From contig NC_133619.1 in assembly GCF_048593235.1 (NCBI RefSeq), positions 524,733,644 to 524,797,643 on the forward strand: DNA of 64,000 nucleotides, written 5' to 3'. The notes beneath the pieces were generated by a model. That model searched no databases. It was not told where the DNA came from and saw only the letters and a list, made by a program, of their open reading frames with translations. Positions 1 through 10,839 of the stretch are shown here, one piece after another (positions within the stretch are counted from its first letter, which is position 1; each line of letters opens with the position of its first letter). Made by a program: the position numbers and the translations under genes. The DNA is from Sminthopsis crassicaudata (taxonomy: Eukaryota).

Positions 1-152
1 AAGGTAGGAGCCAGTCAAGTCCCAGGGAGAGCTTTTCTGCTTTTTATGGAAAACTAGTATTTTGGGAAATGGGGAAACTCCAGTACTAATAAAATTAATG
101 AGATTAAATAAAAAGAACATAAGCTAACAGTACTTTCCTAATTGTAAACTTT

Positions 153-300
153 TTTTTTTTTTTTTTTTTGCCGAGGCAATTGAAGTTAAGTGAATTGCCC
201 AGGTCATGCAGCTAGGAAGTGTTAAATGTCTAATACCAGATTTGAACTCAGGTCCTCCTGATTTTAGGATTTGTGCTCTATCCACTGCTCCATATAGCTG
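153..300 (-). mobile_element. Marsupial SINE (WSINE1-like) with poly(A) tail
   Basis: Reverse-complement SINE body plus poly-T; TSD TTGTAA(A/G)CTTT at 142-152 and 301-311. Confidence 0.85.
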
Positions 301-833
301 TTGTAAGCTTTCTATAAGTCATGCAAGAGTGAACATATTTGAACAGTGAAAAGAGATGAAAAGTTCTCAAAATAAAACACATGGTTTTCTTTCTAGCAAA
401 TTTTTTATTATATGAATTAACAAAATGTCTTCTTTTGCCCAAGATTCCCAAGAACAAGACATATTATAAGAGGGACAAGGCTGCTGGACAAATCTAGTCA
501 CAACAGGATGATGAGTAACTGAATTCTTAAGAGAGCATTAAATTGAAATGTGGCAGCTTACAAGGGTTTAAGCAAGATATAAACCTAGTGAGATCCTGAG
601 ACAACTTAGTGACTCATCAGAACTTGGATCACAAGCCAATCTCACAATTTCCTTCATCTAATCCTTCTTGGATTATATTCCTCATAGAGACCAATTGTTG
701 AAATACCTATGCCTGACTGAAGAACAGGGGAGGTCTCATCAGTTGACTTCATTGCTACTTTCCTCGAATTTTCATTGATTAATGTGATAGAGCAGAGGCA
801 ATGGGTGTTCTATCATTTCTTTTCCCAGGGAGG

Positions 834-3800
834 TCAGAGGCTCCACAGCATGGCAACAGCTCTGCAGATGCCCACATCATGATAGTTGAAATAGCAGAGT
901 CCTGCAAAGGTCACGGCTGAGAGCATCAAGAGACCTGCATTGGCTCCTTTCACCAACTTGTCTCCATGAACATAGTCAGTAATAAGCTGTCCAAGACCCC
1001 TAAAGAGAAAAACAAAATTCTCTCATAGTACAAGCTAAAAGTGACAAGTAACATTAAAAGGATATTTGCATACTGACCTTACTATTAACAAGAACTAGTC
1101 AAGCATCAAATGCAGTGGTTTTTATTGTCTTCCTCAACTCCTACCATTAATCTTTTTTATCTATTCAGAAACTTTTGTATATGGTAATCTCTACAATTAG
1201 GAGATATTCTTTTAATGTTTTGAAAAAAAAATTTTTTTAAACCCAATTCATAGTAAGAAAGGTCATAACTTAAGAGAAAAGGAAGCAAGTTCTAACTGAA
1301 ATCAAACTTTCAGGAGAATAATCCCCATGGAGTCTTGTATTGAGAAAAAAAGACAAGTCCTGACAGCTATTAATCTATTTGGATCCATAAGTATATCATA
1401 TATAAAAAAGCTCAAAAGGGTCCATGTGAAAATCATTAAAATAACTCAGATTATTTTAGGCATTAGCTCATGCTAGAGTGTGCACCCTTAGGTAATGTGC
1501 TAAAAGACCTGTGCACCAACCCACCAAACTTCCTTCTTCAAAGTAAAATACAAATAAATAAGAGTCAAATTTCTACAAAGGATAATGGAGATATATATTA
1601 ATTGTGGTATTTATTGAAATATTATTGGTTCCATATTTATTCTCTTCCTATTGGCTGGCATTTGAAAACACAGCAAAGCTAACTAAATCCAATAGTTTTT
1701 AATTTATGATAATCCAAACAGCATTTGATTGGTGTCATTTATTCATTAATGGTTGTATTTTTTTTTTAAATTACAACATAAAGGAATAAATCGGGATGTA
1801 AATGATCATTTTAATCAACAAACATTAATTATTAAAGGCCTATTCTGACAAATACTAGCATTTATCTACATATTCTCCCCTTCCATATTTCCCTTAACAT
1901 TTTGAGAACTGTTTATCCTGAATAATTAATTGATCAATGAGAAGATGCAAGGTATATCTGATAAATAGCAGCCTCCCAGGCAGTACAATAGTTTAAGTTC
2001 ACCTCTTGCACATGTTGGTTATGTGACCTTTGGCAGATCACTCAAACCTCTCAGTGACAATCCATTCTTTGAGACTTGGTAATTACACAGTAGATCTGCT
2101 CAAGCAGCAGGAATTGTTGCCCAAGCAGTCCGTACACCAGTGAAATCATAAGTCTAGACAAAATTTTTTTTTTTAAATCTGCTTCCTTCTAATTTTTACA
2201 CTTTTATTTTGAAACAATATCCATGCCATTAGGAGAGTCTTTTCTAAAGGGAAGGAATTTCTTACCAGAATACAAAATTGTAAATTAAAGGAATTATTTA
2301 ACTTCTCAAGGGTCAATTTCCTCAATTATGAAACAAAAGGGTTGAGTAAATCACTGGAATCATAATTATGAGCTTTTAACATATTTTAAAATGCCAATCA
2401 ATAGTGGGAAATTAAAACAGCTGGTATCAATAGCAATTCTAACAATCATTTCAGTTAACAGATTCTTTCATGAAGAGGACAGGAAATGCAAACTATTCAA
2501 TCAGTATATATTTACTAAGCACCTTTTTTTGTGAGCAGAATACTGAAGCAGTCTGGATTCAAGAATGTTTTCCTGTCCTCACTATTTAGGAAAAGTATAT
2601 AATACATATAAATGTAGTTATAATACATGAAAATATCTAAGAGATTTTTGTTTGTAAATAAAATGTCAAAGGAAATCTTGGTTAGGCAAAAACATTACTA
2701 AATAAGAAGTCAAGAAAGTTTTCAGTAAATAAATGCATGTATGGGCAGGATCTTAACAAGCAGAAAAGGGCATACAAAGTATAAGGAATAATGCAAAGTC
2801 ATGAAAGCAGTATACATACAGAGGACAGTGAGTTATCTTGTTTGGCTGGGGCACAAACAGGAAAAAGAGCAGCACCATATCGTGTGCTTTCTATATCTGT
2901 ATTCCTGGCTAAGGAATCTGAACTTTACTGCATAATATATCTGTATTCCTGGCAGAGGAATCTGAACTTTATTCGGCAACAGGGAATCACTAAAGAGTTC
3001 TTAACAAAGGAATGCTTATTACTAGAAACCATTACAGTATAAAAGAATTCTAAATTTAAAGATTTTCAGTCCCAGCATTGTAGACTGCATCATTAGCCAT
3101 TCACAACTGGTTAATGCAGAGAAGAAAAAAATAAATGAACAATACTCACTTCTCCCTACTCTACTACTCATATTTTAAACTCAATCTTCCTAATTCTCAA
3201 TCCCTTCTTATCCCTCTACCTCAAAACAGAAGTATAGAACTATTAATTCTCCTAATAAACCTCCAAACTAGTAAAGATACCAGCAGCAGCGTCTAGGGAG
3301 TAATGGAGCGCATGAGAGGGAAGGGGAGGGAGAGAACCCTCATTCACCAGGAATAAACACTTTCACCTCAAACCTTAAACCTGAAATGAAAAAAAATTTT
3401 GACAGCCAAACTCCAGCTTTCAAGTACTTGCAAACCAATTTCCTTCCTTAGATTAAGAGAATTTCTCTCAGAAACATAAAGCTTAAAGCTTTTCTGATGC
3501 TTTAGTTAGCATTTTTCAGGAAGATGAAGAATTGCTAAAGTAGAAATTTTAGTTCTATTCTCACTATTTTTGCCATTAGCTTTGTCATTATTTTATACTA
3601 AATAAATATCTATTAAAGGCAGAACAAAAGACTAGGACAGAAAAATTTAAAATTCCCCCATGTGGTATTAATTTAAGCACTTTACAAGCACCCGTTTACA
3701 AATAAATTTTATGTTCATTTTAATTCATTTCTATCCAATAATTACAGCAAATCCCAATCCTCTAATGTCTATATTCTAATTACCCTCCATATTTCAAAGT

Positions 3801-6800
3801 AATGAAGTTGCATTTCTTTAAACACAAGCTAACTTCATATTAATTTTAGTCTTTCCTAAATAACATAATTGTAATATTCTAAAGTAAAATGAAAACTGGC
3901 AAATATCATACACTTTAAAAACTTCTCAGTTCAGCCTGACAAAACAAATTGTTATTCTGATTTTATAGATAAGGAGACAGAAATTTAGAGAGATTAGATG
4001 AGTTTGCCATGGTGTATTAGAAATATAGATTCAGGACAATTGTTCTTGACTTAAAAGGCCATAGTTCTCAAAATCCAAACAGAAAAAGTGAAACTTGAAA
4101 GCAGAAGGAAGTGAGAACTTAAGTTACCAATGACAAAGGAAGTGATATGGCAACAACTTTTTCTACAACTGACATAGCCTCTGTATTTCTCCCCCTTTTG
4201 TCATCAAAGGAACAATTCTACTACCTCTCAAGGGAGAGAGAGGAGAAAAAGGGAAGGAAAGCACATAAGCAGAAGAATTGCCCAATTCTAACTTTTATAA
4301 TTCCACTTTACTGGGATAAATGGCCGAAACATTTCTGTGAGTAAGGAATCTGTCTAACTCTAATTGAAACACATCAGGCTCCGGGCAGACATAGTACAGA
4401 AGGAATATGCTGCTTACCAGTGACTATGGAGGGTGAGGACTGCAGCCAGTGAGTAGTCCACCGCAGAGCTCGGGAACAGATAGGCTGCTGGGAGCAGCCC
4501 CAATAGCAAGACACTGACAGCTCTCTCACTAGTCCAGTGCAGAGATGCAGCCTTAGAGTTAGCTGCAAGTGACATGACAGACAGAACCAAGTGACATGAG
4601 GGAAGTAACTTAGGACACATTATCAACCTGAATATGTATATATTTGTGCACAAAGTAGTCAATTTGTGAAGCTAACAAAATGTACAAAAGATTTAACAAA
4701 GAACATGAGAAGTATGGGGAGCTTAGAAAAATGACTGGAGGTTCTTTCATTTTCTTACAGAAAAATAGATTCCCACATTTTGGGAAGAGATAAATCTGTG
4801 TATTTGCAAAGTATGAAATGATCACTGAACAATAACTAACTGCTGGAGACATTGGAAATGGAAATGATTACTTGGCAAGCTCATTTTAAAAACCTCTTTT
4901 CTCTATTTATGTAAAACTTCTGCAGTGAAAAAGAAATTCCATCTGAAAAGCCAAGTAGAAAATTTTCTTTCAAAACCCAACCAGCTCCAAGAGAACAGGA
5001 AAGTCTACATACCACTTGCAGACTCTGTGGTCTGCTTTATATCCTATTACTTGTGAATAACTTTAAAACATGCTACAAATAATTTTGGCTTTATCCCAGT
5101 ACTTTATGAGGGATACCATAATTAACTGGGTTTTTCAAGACTCAATATCAGATCCACACTTCTATTTGGAAGAAAAAAAAAAAAAGAAAAAAAAAAAAAA
5201 CAACTCATACATCACAATTAACAGTGTAATCCTCAAATACAAGGATCTATTTATCTATTTTAGATTAGGAAATTGGATTCAAGTTTAGGTGACCTGCCTA
5301 TATTGGAAGTCAATGGAAGGCTATGATATGCCTGAGAAAACTAAGGATTTGAGAAACTAAATGTTGAGCTTAGTTGTTATACAGCTAAAAGGTAGTAAGC
5401 CGTGACTCAAATTCAGACCTTTTCGCTCAAGCACCTCTATACTACATCTAGTCTTACTCTATCTTCTGTAGTTTCTGAGGAGCGCCCCAAAAATGCAGAT
5501 CTAATAATAGCCGGTTCTAAGAGGCCTAACAGTCTCAGAAAGCAGCAGCTCTAGATTTGAAATAAAAGGATCTCAAGTCCTAGCTCTGGCACTCTCTGGG
5601 AGCTGGGGCAAATTAACGCCCCAGCCCTCCTTCGGTTTCTTCATTGGTAAAATGTGTTCATTAGACTAAGGTCCCTTTCAGCTTTATAATCTGAAACCTG
5701 GACTTTAATGCTAAGATCTTCTACTTATTCTGTATACCGCTCGCCTGTGAACAAATGTTTGTTGGGGGTTCCTTGAGAGCAGGACTAGTTCTTTGCCTAT
5801 CCCCAGCACTTAGCAGGCACTTAATGTTTGCTGATTTGTCGTCTTGAACTGCAAAAACAAGACACAAAATCTTTCCTTCAGAGATGATAACACGAAAAAA
5901 ATTCAATTATCAATGTGTCAATTATGTAAAATTAAAAAAAATTTAATTACTTATGAGACTGCCAAGTGATTTTAATTATCAACCTAAATTAGGGTACACA
6001 ATACATGCAAAATAAGTTTTAAATGACCTGTTTTGCATTTTTAAATTATCTGTTTTGAGTCCTTTGTATTGTCTAAATATTAAAGGATGACTCTTTTCCA
6101 AAAAAAATGAGGAAAAGGAAAGTCTTCAACATTTAGTTTTTCATAATCAGACATTTCCCTATGTTGACACTAGAGGAGGCAAAAAGATAACGCAAGAGTG
6201 CGGGACTCTGAAAACCTGTGGCTCTCTCCCAAAGTACTCGGGTCGTGGTGGGCAAGTCGGCTCGCGCGTCGTGCCTCGGTTTGCTCGGTTCTAAGTTAAG
6301 GGGCTCAGCTAGATGAGTGCCTGGAGGTGCGGAGGCTCAGTCTGGGCTGGGACTGCAGCCCGGCTGGCCAGGGTGAGGGGAGCGGGCGGAGGCCGCCCGG
6401 GGCCGGGGCAGGACGTACAGGAGTGGCTGGCAGACAGGTGGAGGTGCCGTCCTCCGGGGCCAGGTCGGTCCGGCAGAGAGGCTGAGACGTAGGCGGGTCT
6501 GAGCAAGCGCGGACCCAGGAGCAGAGCTGGGGAGAAATGCAGACGGTCAGTACTGGGGAAGGGGAGGCCGTGGCGCGGAGCCCGGTCCCGTTTAGCTCTG
6601 GGCCAGTGGACTCGGTTCCACAACCCCAGGGGAGATTCCGGGGCTGGGGGGCAGGAAAGGGACCGAGCGGCGGCTCCGAGTCCTCACAGGGGGCACGGTC
6701 CAAGTTGCACTGAGGGGCGAAAGGAAGCCCGTTACCTCGGAACTGGGATCCTCAAAAACCGCTAGAGTGCTGACCCCTCCCATGGCGGAAAACTCCGCGA

Positions 6801-6896
6801 CCAGAGAGCCCTCCGCCGGTCGGTCCCCTCACCTCGGCTCCCCCGGGCGCAACTAAGGTTCAGGCGTCCTAAGGCTACAGCCGCCGCCAGCGCCAT
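834..6896 (-). CDS. SDHD: Succinate dehydrogenase cytochrome b small subunit, 4 coding exons, 160 aa
   Basis: Exons 6896-6833, 6526-6419, 4562-4418, 999-834 (64+108+145+166=483 nt), all GT-AG. Translation [37 protein letters not shown].../[27 protein letters not shown]...[17 protein letters not shown]...[18 protein letters not shown] matches SDHD. Confidence 0.98.
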
Positions 6897-7650
6897 GTCT
6901 ATCAGAAGCGTTCAAGGTCACTCAATGACCCGGATGTGCTTAGGACTGCTTCCTCACATTGCGGATCCAAAAGCTGGACTGAACCGGAACCTGGGGAAAA
7001 AAGGACGAGGGAGTCGGGAAGGAGAACCCGGATGAGCCGGAAGCCGGCGGGCGCGTACTGTGGTTGGTAAGGAAGTGGAACTCCCGGGAGGATCGGACAT
7101 GGCGGAATTGGCCGAGGCCGACGAGGCCGAATTACAGCGTCTAGTGGCGGCAGAACAGCAGAAGGCGCAGTTCACTGCACAGGTACTGAGACTTAGGACT
7201 GGGTAATAAGGGAGGGCCCAGGTTGGGGGTAGGTGCAAATGCCAGAGCGACCGGCCTACCATGAGGTGGCTGCTGCATCCAAGCCGGGCCCGCCGAGGTA
7301 GGTGTGCGAGGCAGAGACAGGCGTCTGGAGGCCCTCCGGGTTAGAGGACAGGGAGGCTTGGCCGGAGATTGGCGTTTTAGAGGGGATCTAATACAATCCA
7401 ACCCCATCCCCCTCCCAGCGCAGCCCGAGTGGGTGAATATCTTCCCAAGGTCACACAGGACAATTAGTAAAACTGATTTTCAAGTGTGAAGTCGGAAAGC
7501 GTGTCTTACACACAACCACAAAGGTGAGGTAATTTTAAAAAAGAGGAAAGAGTTCTGTTTAGGGAGAATGCGAGAGCTCCCGCCGGAGCCCACCCCGAGA
7601 GCAGCGTTAAATTGTGTGCGCCGCGCTGCAGGCCCTAAGAGGGTGCGGGA
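6220..7650. promoter_or_regulatory. CpG island and bidirectional SDHD/TIMM8B promoter
   Basis: GC/CpG-rich island; the two start codons are only 202 bp apart (6896 and 7099). Contains TCAAGGTCA (ERR element) 6912-6920 and ETS-like CCGGATGT 6930-6937, CCGGAAG 7037-7043, GGAAGT 7071-7076. Confidence 0.85.
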
Positions 7651-8275
7651 TCTGTAGCAGAGATTAAGTTGAGGTATGACTGATTTGGAGGGGGGAGGGT
7701 GCTGAAAAGGGGAAGTTGTTAATGTGCTTAGTATGTGCCCTTTATGAGTTGTTAATCGCGGGTGTGGGCCAGATCAGTAGGAGGAGAATTTGGGTTTAGG
7801 TCCGCAGATTTAGGATTTAAATAAGCAGCGGGGTTTCTCCCCCCTTCCCCCGTTATGGACCAGAGGCCCAGAAAACTATCTCAGCAGTTTTAAGCGTGAA
7901 ATATAGAGGATCTGAGCAAGGTGAATGGCAGTGAAAATACAGGTGTGAGACATTTTGAAGAATTGGTAGGAAATAAAGGCAAAAGAAAGGGAAGTATCAA
8001 AGATGACTTAAGTCTGAGCAAATGACAGGAAAAGGGAAAACCAGAAAAGAGGCAAGAGAAGACCGGCCTACTCCCCTACACTTCTTAATAATGGCTTTCT
8101 TCCTCAGGTACACCATTTCATGGATTTGTGCTGGGATAAATGTGTTGAAAAACCAGGAAGTCGTCTAGATTCCAGAACTGAAAATTGCCTGGCTAGTTGT
8201 GTGGACCGATTCATTGATACCACTCTCACCATCACAAGCCGATTTGCTCAGATTGTGCAGAAAGGAAGCCAATAA
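7099..8275 (+). CDS. TIMM8B: Mitochondrial inner membrane translocase small TIM chaperone Tim8B, 2 exons, 83 aa
   Basis: Exons 7099-7182 and 8108-8275: MAELAEADEAELQRLVAAEQQKAQFTAQ/VHHFMDLCWDKCVEKPGSRLDSRTENCLASCVDRFIDTT...GSQ*, with the twin CX3C motif. Confidence 0.98.
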
Positions 8276-8440
8276 GCTAATCCTTATCTCTACCCTAAGT
8301 GGAGGAAAATGAATGGAAAAACAAAAAGATCTGTAACTGAACAGTTTATGTACCATGGAAGAAGGCTATGAAAGGGTAAAAAAATCATGGACAGATCAAC
8401 TTAGGATCTGTGGCTAAACCTGTATTATTTATTTTAAAAG

Positions 8441-8446
8441 AATAAA
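8441..8446 (+). terminator. Probable TIMM8B polyadenylation signal
   Basis: AATAAA about 165 nt after the TIMM8B stop, in AT-rich context. Confidence 0.55.
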
Positions 8447-10839
8447 ATGTTCAAAAAGTGAAATCTCTTTATTTGGAATTTTGGAATTCCAGATTACATT
8501 ACATCATTTATTTGATAAATATGACCCCCCACACTCCCAACCTTGGTCTTAATTACTTTATTTTTTTAAAAATCCTACCTCAGGGTTTAGAGATCCCCCG
8601 TCTGAAAATCCCAAAACACTTATCAAAGAAAAAAAGGGTTCCAATGCTGGTAGTGCAAATGGGAGACAGTGGATTTAAAAGCCAACCTGAGCCTTTTCCT
8701 CAGGAACTGGAAGAATTTTAGAAGCCAATAAGGCTTATTAGAAAAGGAAAATTTGGAGTTTAGAAGGCAGTAGAGAGCAAAGGCAGCCCTTTTACTTCTG
8801 TATGCTCACATACAAATAAATGTGACCAAAAATAAAAACCAGGCTGCAATACAACACAACTAGAAATAAAAGCTGCAAGTAAGAGAAAAGACTCTTGGCT
8901 CACAGGACAGTACAAACTTATAGAGACTCTCCTAGCTTGTTAAGTACCTAGAATAAGCTTGGTGCAAAAAGCAATGTTGAAAAAAATGACCAAAAGACGA
9001 TAGCAGTTAGGATCCTGTTTCCTAAACAATCATAGAAAATACTGTTAAGGGATTGTCATTTTAGACTCTCCTACCTCTAAAATCTCTGCCAAGTAATAGG
9101 CCTTCCCTTCAAAAAAATTCCTGATAAAAACTGGCATTTAGTGAGTTGGCAAAGAGTACATAAACTGGAGCCAGAAGTTTGTCATATAGATGTCCAAAAA
9201 AGGTAGCACCTACTGGTTAGCCAGTGGACGGAGGGCCTTTGCTCAAAGATATATTTGCAGGTTAATTCTGTAGGCTGTAGAATATTTTTTAAAGGTTTTT
9301 AGAAATAATTCATACCTACAGAATTTTAAGTGTTATGTGGAAAAATTATATTCTATCATTGTAAAGTATCTCCCATTATTTTTCCCTCTGTTGTCTATAA
9401 TATTCCCTATGAGGTCAGGATTATTCCCACTTTAGGAATGGGGAAAACGAGGCACAAGAGGTTAAATGACTTGTTTAGGACCTCACAAATATAATCAATA
9501 ATGGTAGAGCCAGGTTAGGTTTAGTTTTTAGTTCTCAGACTCAATAACAGTTGCACAACACCTTAAGTCAGAAATATCTGTTCTAAGTGGGTCAAAGTTT
9601 AGCTATATTATATCAATTAAATTGCAGAATTTGGGAAACAGGATAGTCCACATCATCCCTGCTTCTAACTGTACCCCCAAGAAAACCCCTAGGTCCCAAT
9701 TGAACAAAATGAAATAGCCCAACTTTCTTTACTGAGAGAAGAAGAGAGGGATGGTATCAAGATATTTTGAGTCCCCTGGAGGGCTGGGAAGAAGCAAATA
9801 TGTCCCTGAGAGACCTACATTATTTTGGAGCTGACCTGACTTTCTAGTTAGAGGTGAAATCTGGAATTCATTTACAGACTTGGAGACAAAAACAAGGAAA
9901 GACAAGACTATTTAAATGATAATCAGTGTCCTGAATCCTGTTCAGAACACACAACTACACAGCATGGTTAGATCCTATTTTGACCCCATTCAAACTAGGA
10001 CCATCTTACATAGCCAAAAGAACTTCACATAAAAATTAAAATCGGGCAAAATATAACAGTACAGCTGGGGTAGGGGGAGGGGGGCTATAAAGAAAACAGG
10101 TTTATGGGCCCTACCTAATCGGGAAACGTACCAAAAAAGCCCCACTCCTTTCTGGTGACAGCTGCCTGTAGTTTTTATTGCAAAGGAAAAAGGCTTGTTC
10201 CTGTGCCCATTTCCTCAATTACACTGGGCCAGCCAGAATAGGACTAAAAATTCAATACTAAAACCAAACTGGGGGTAGATACATATCTAAGGATCAAAGG
10301 CACCAAGGCTGAGAATGAAGAGCCAGGTATGGTATAACACCTGTTGTAAGAAGGTCAGAGGAAGATTATTTGAAGTGATTAAACATTTAAGGCCCCACAA
10401 TTTCCTTGTTGAATTTTTTGAGGTCATACCATCTGTACTTGGGGCTAGTCAACCAAGCAAAGTCATCTTTCCACACTGTCCTCTTGGACCTAACACCTGC
10501 TTCCCCCAAACTGAGCACTTTAGTGGGAGCTCCCAGATTACTGGCTTCTCTTTCCTCTGATTTGGGGAATAGTGTGCATGAGACTGAGTGTGGCTAATTG
10601 CAAAAAATAATCTCTTCAAGAAACCTTCATTACAAAAACTAACAGCTTCCCCATTACTAATAAAAGGGGATCAAGTTTTAACAGGCTCAAATAGGAGAAA
10701 ATCCATTGGTTAGGATTTGGATGGCACAAAGCAGCTCCCACCCACGTGGGCTACTTGTTCTAACAAGAGAGGGTCCCTGCCACATCTGTCAAGTCCAAGG
10801 GGTCACCTGGAAAACATGGAGAATGAAGCATCCCTCCAT

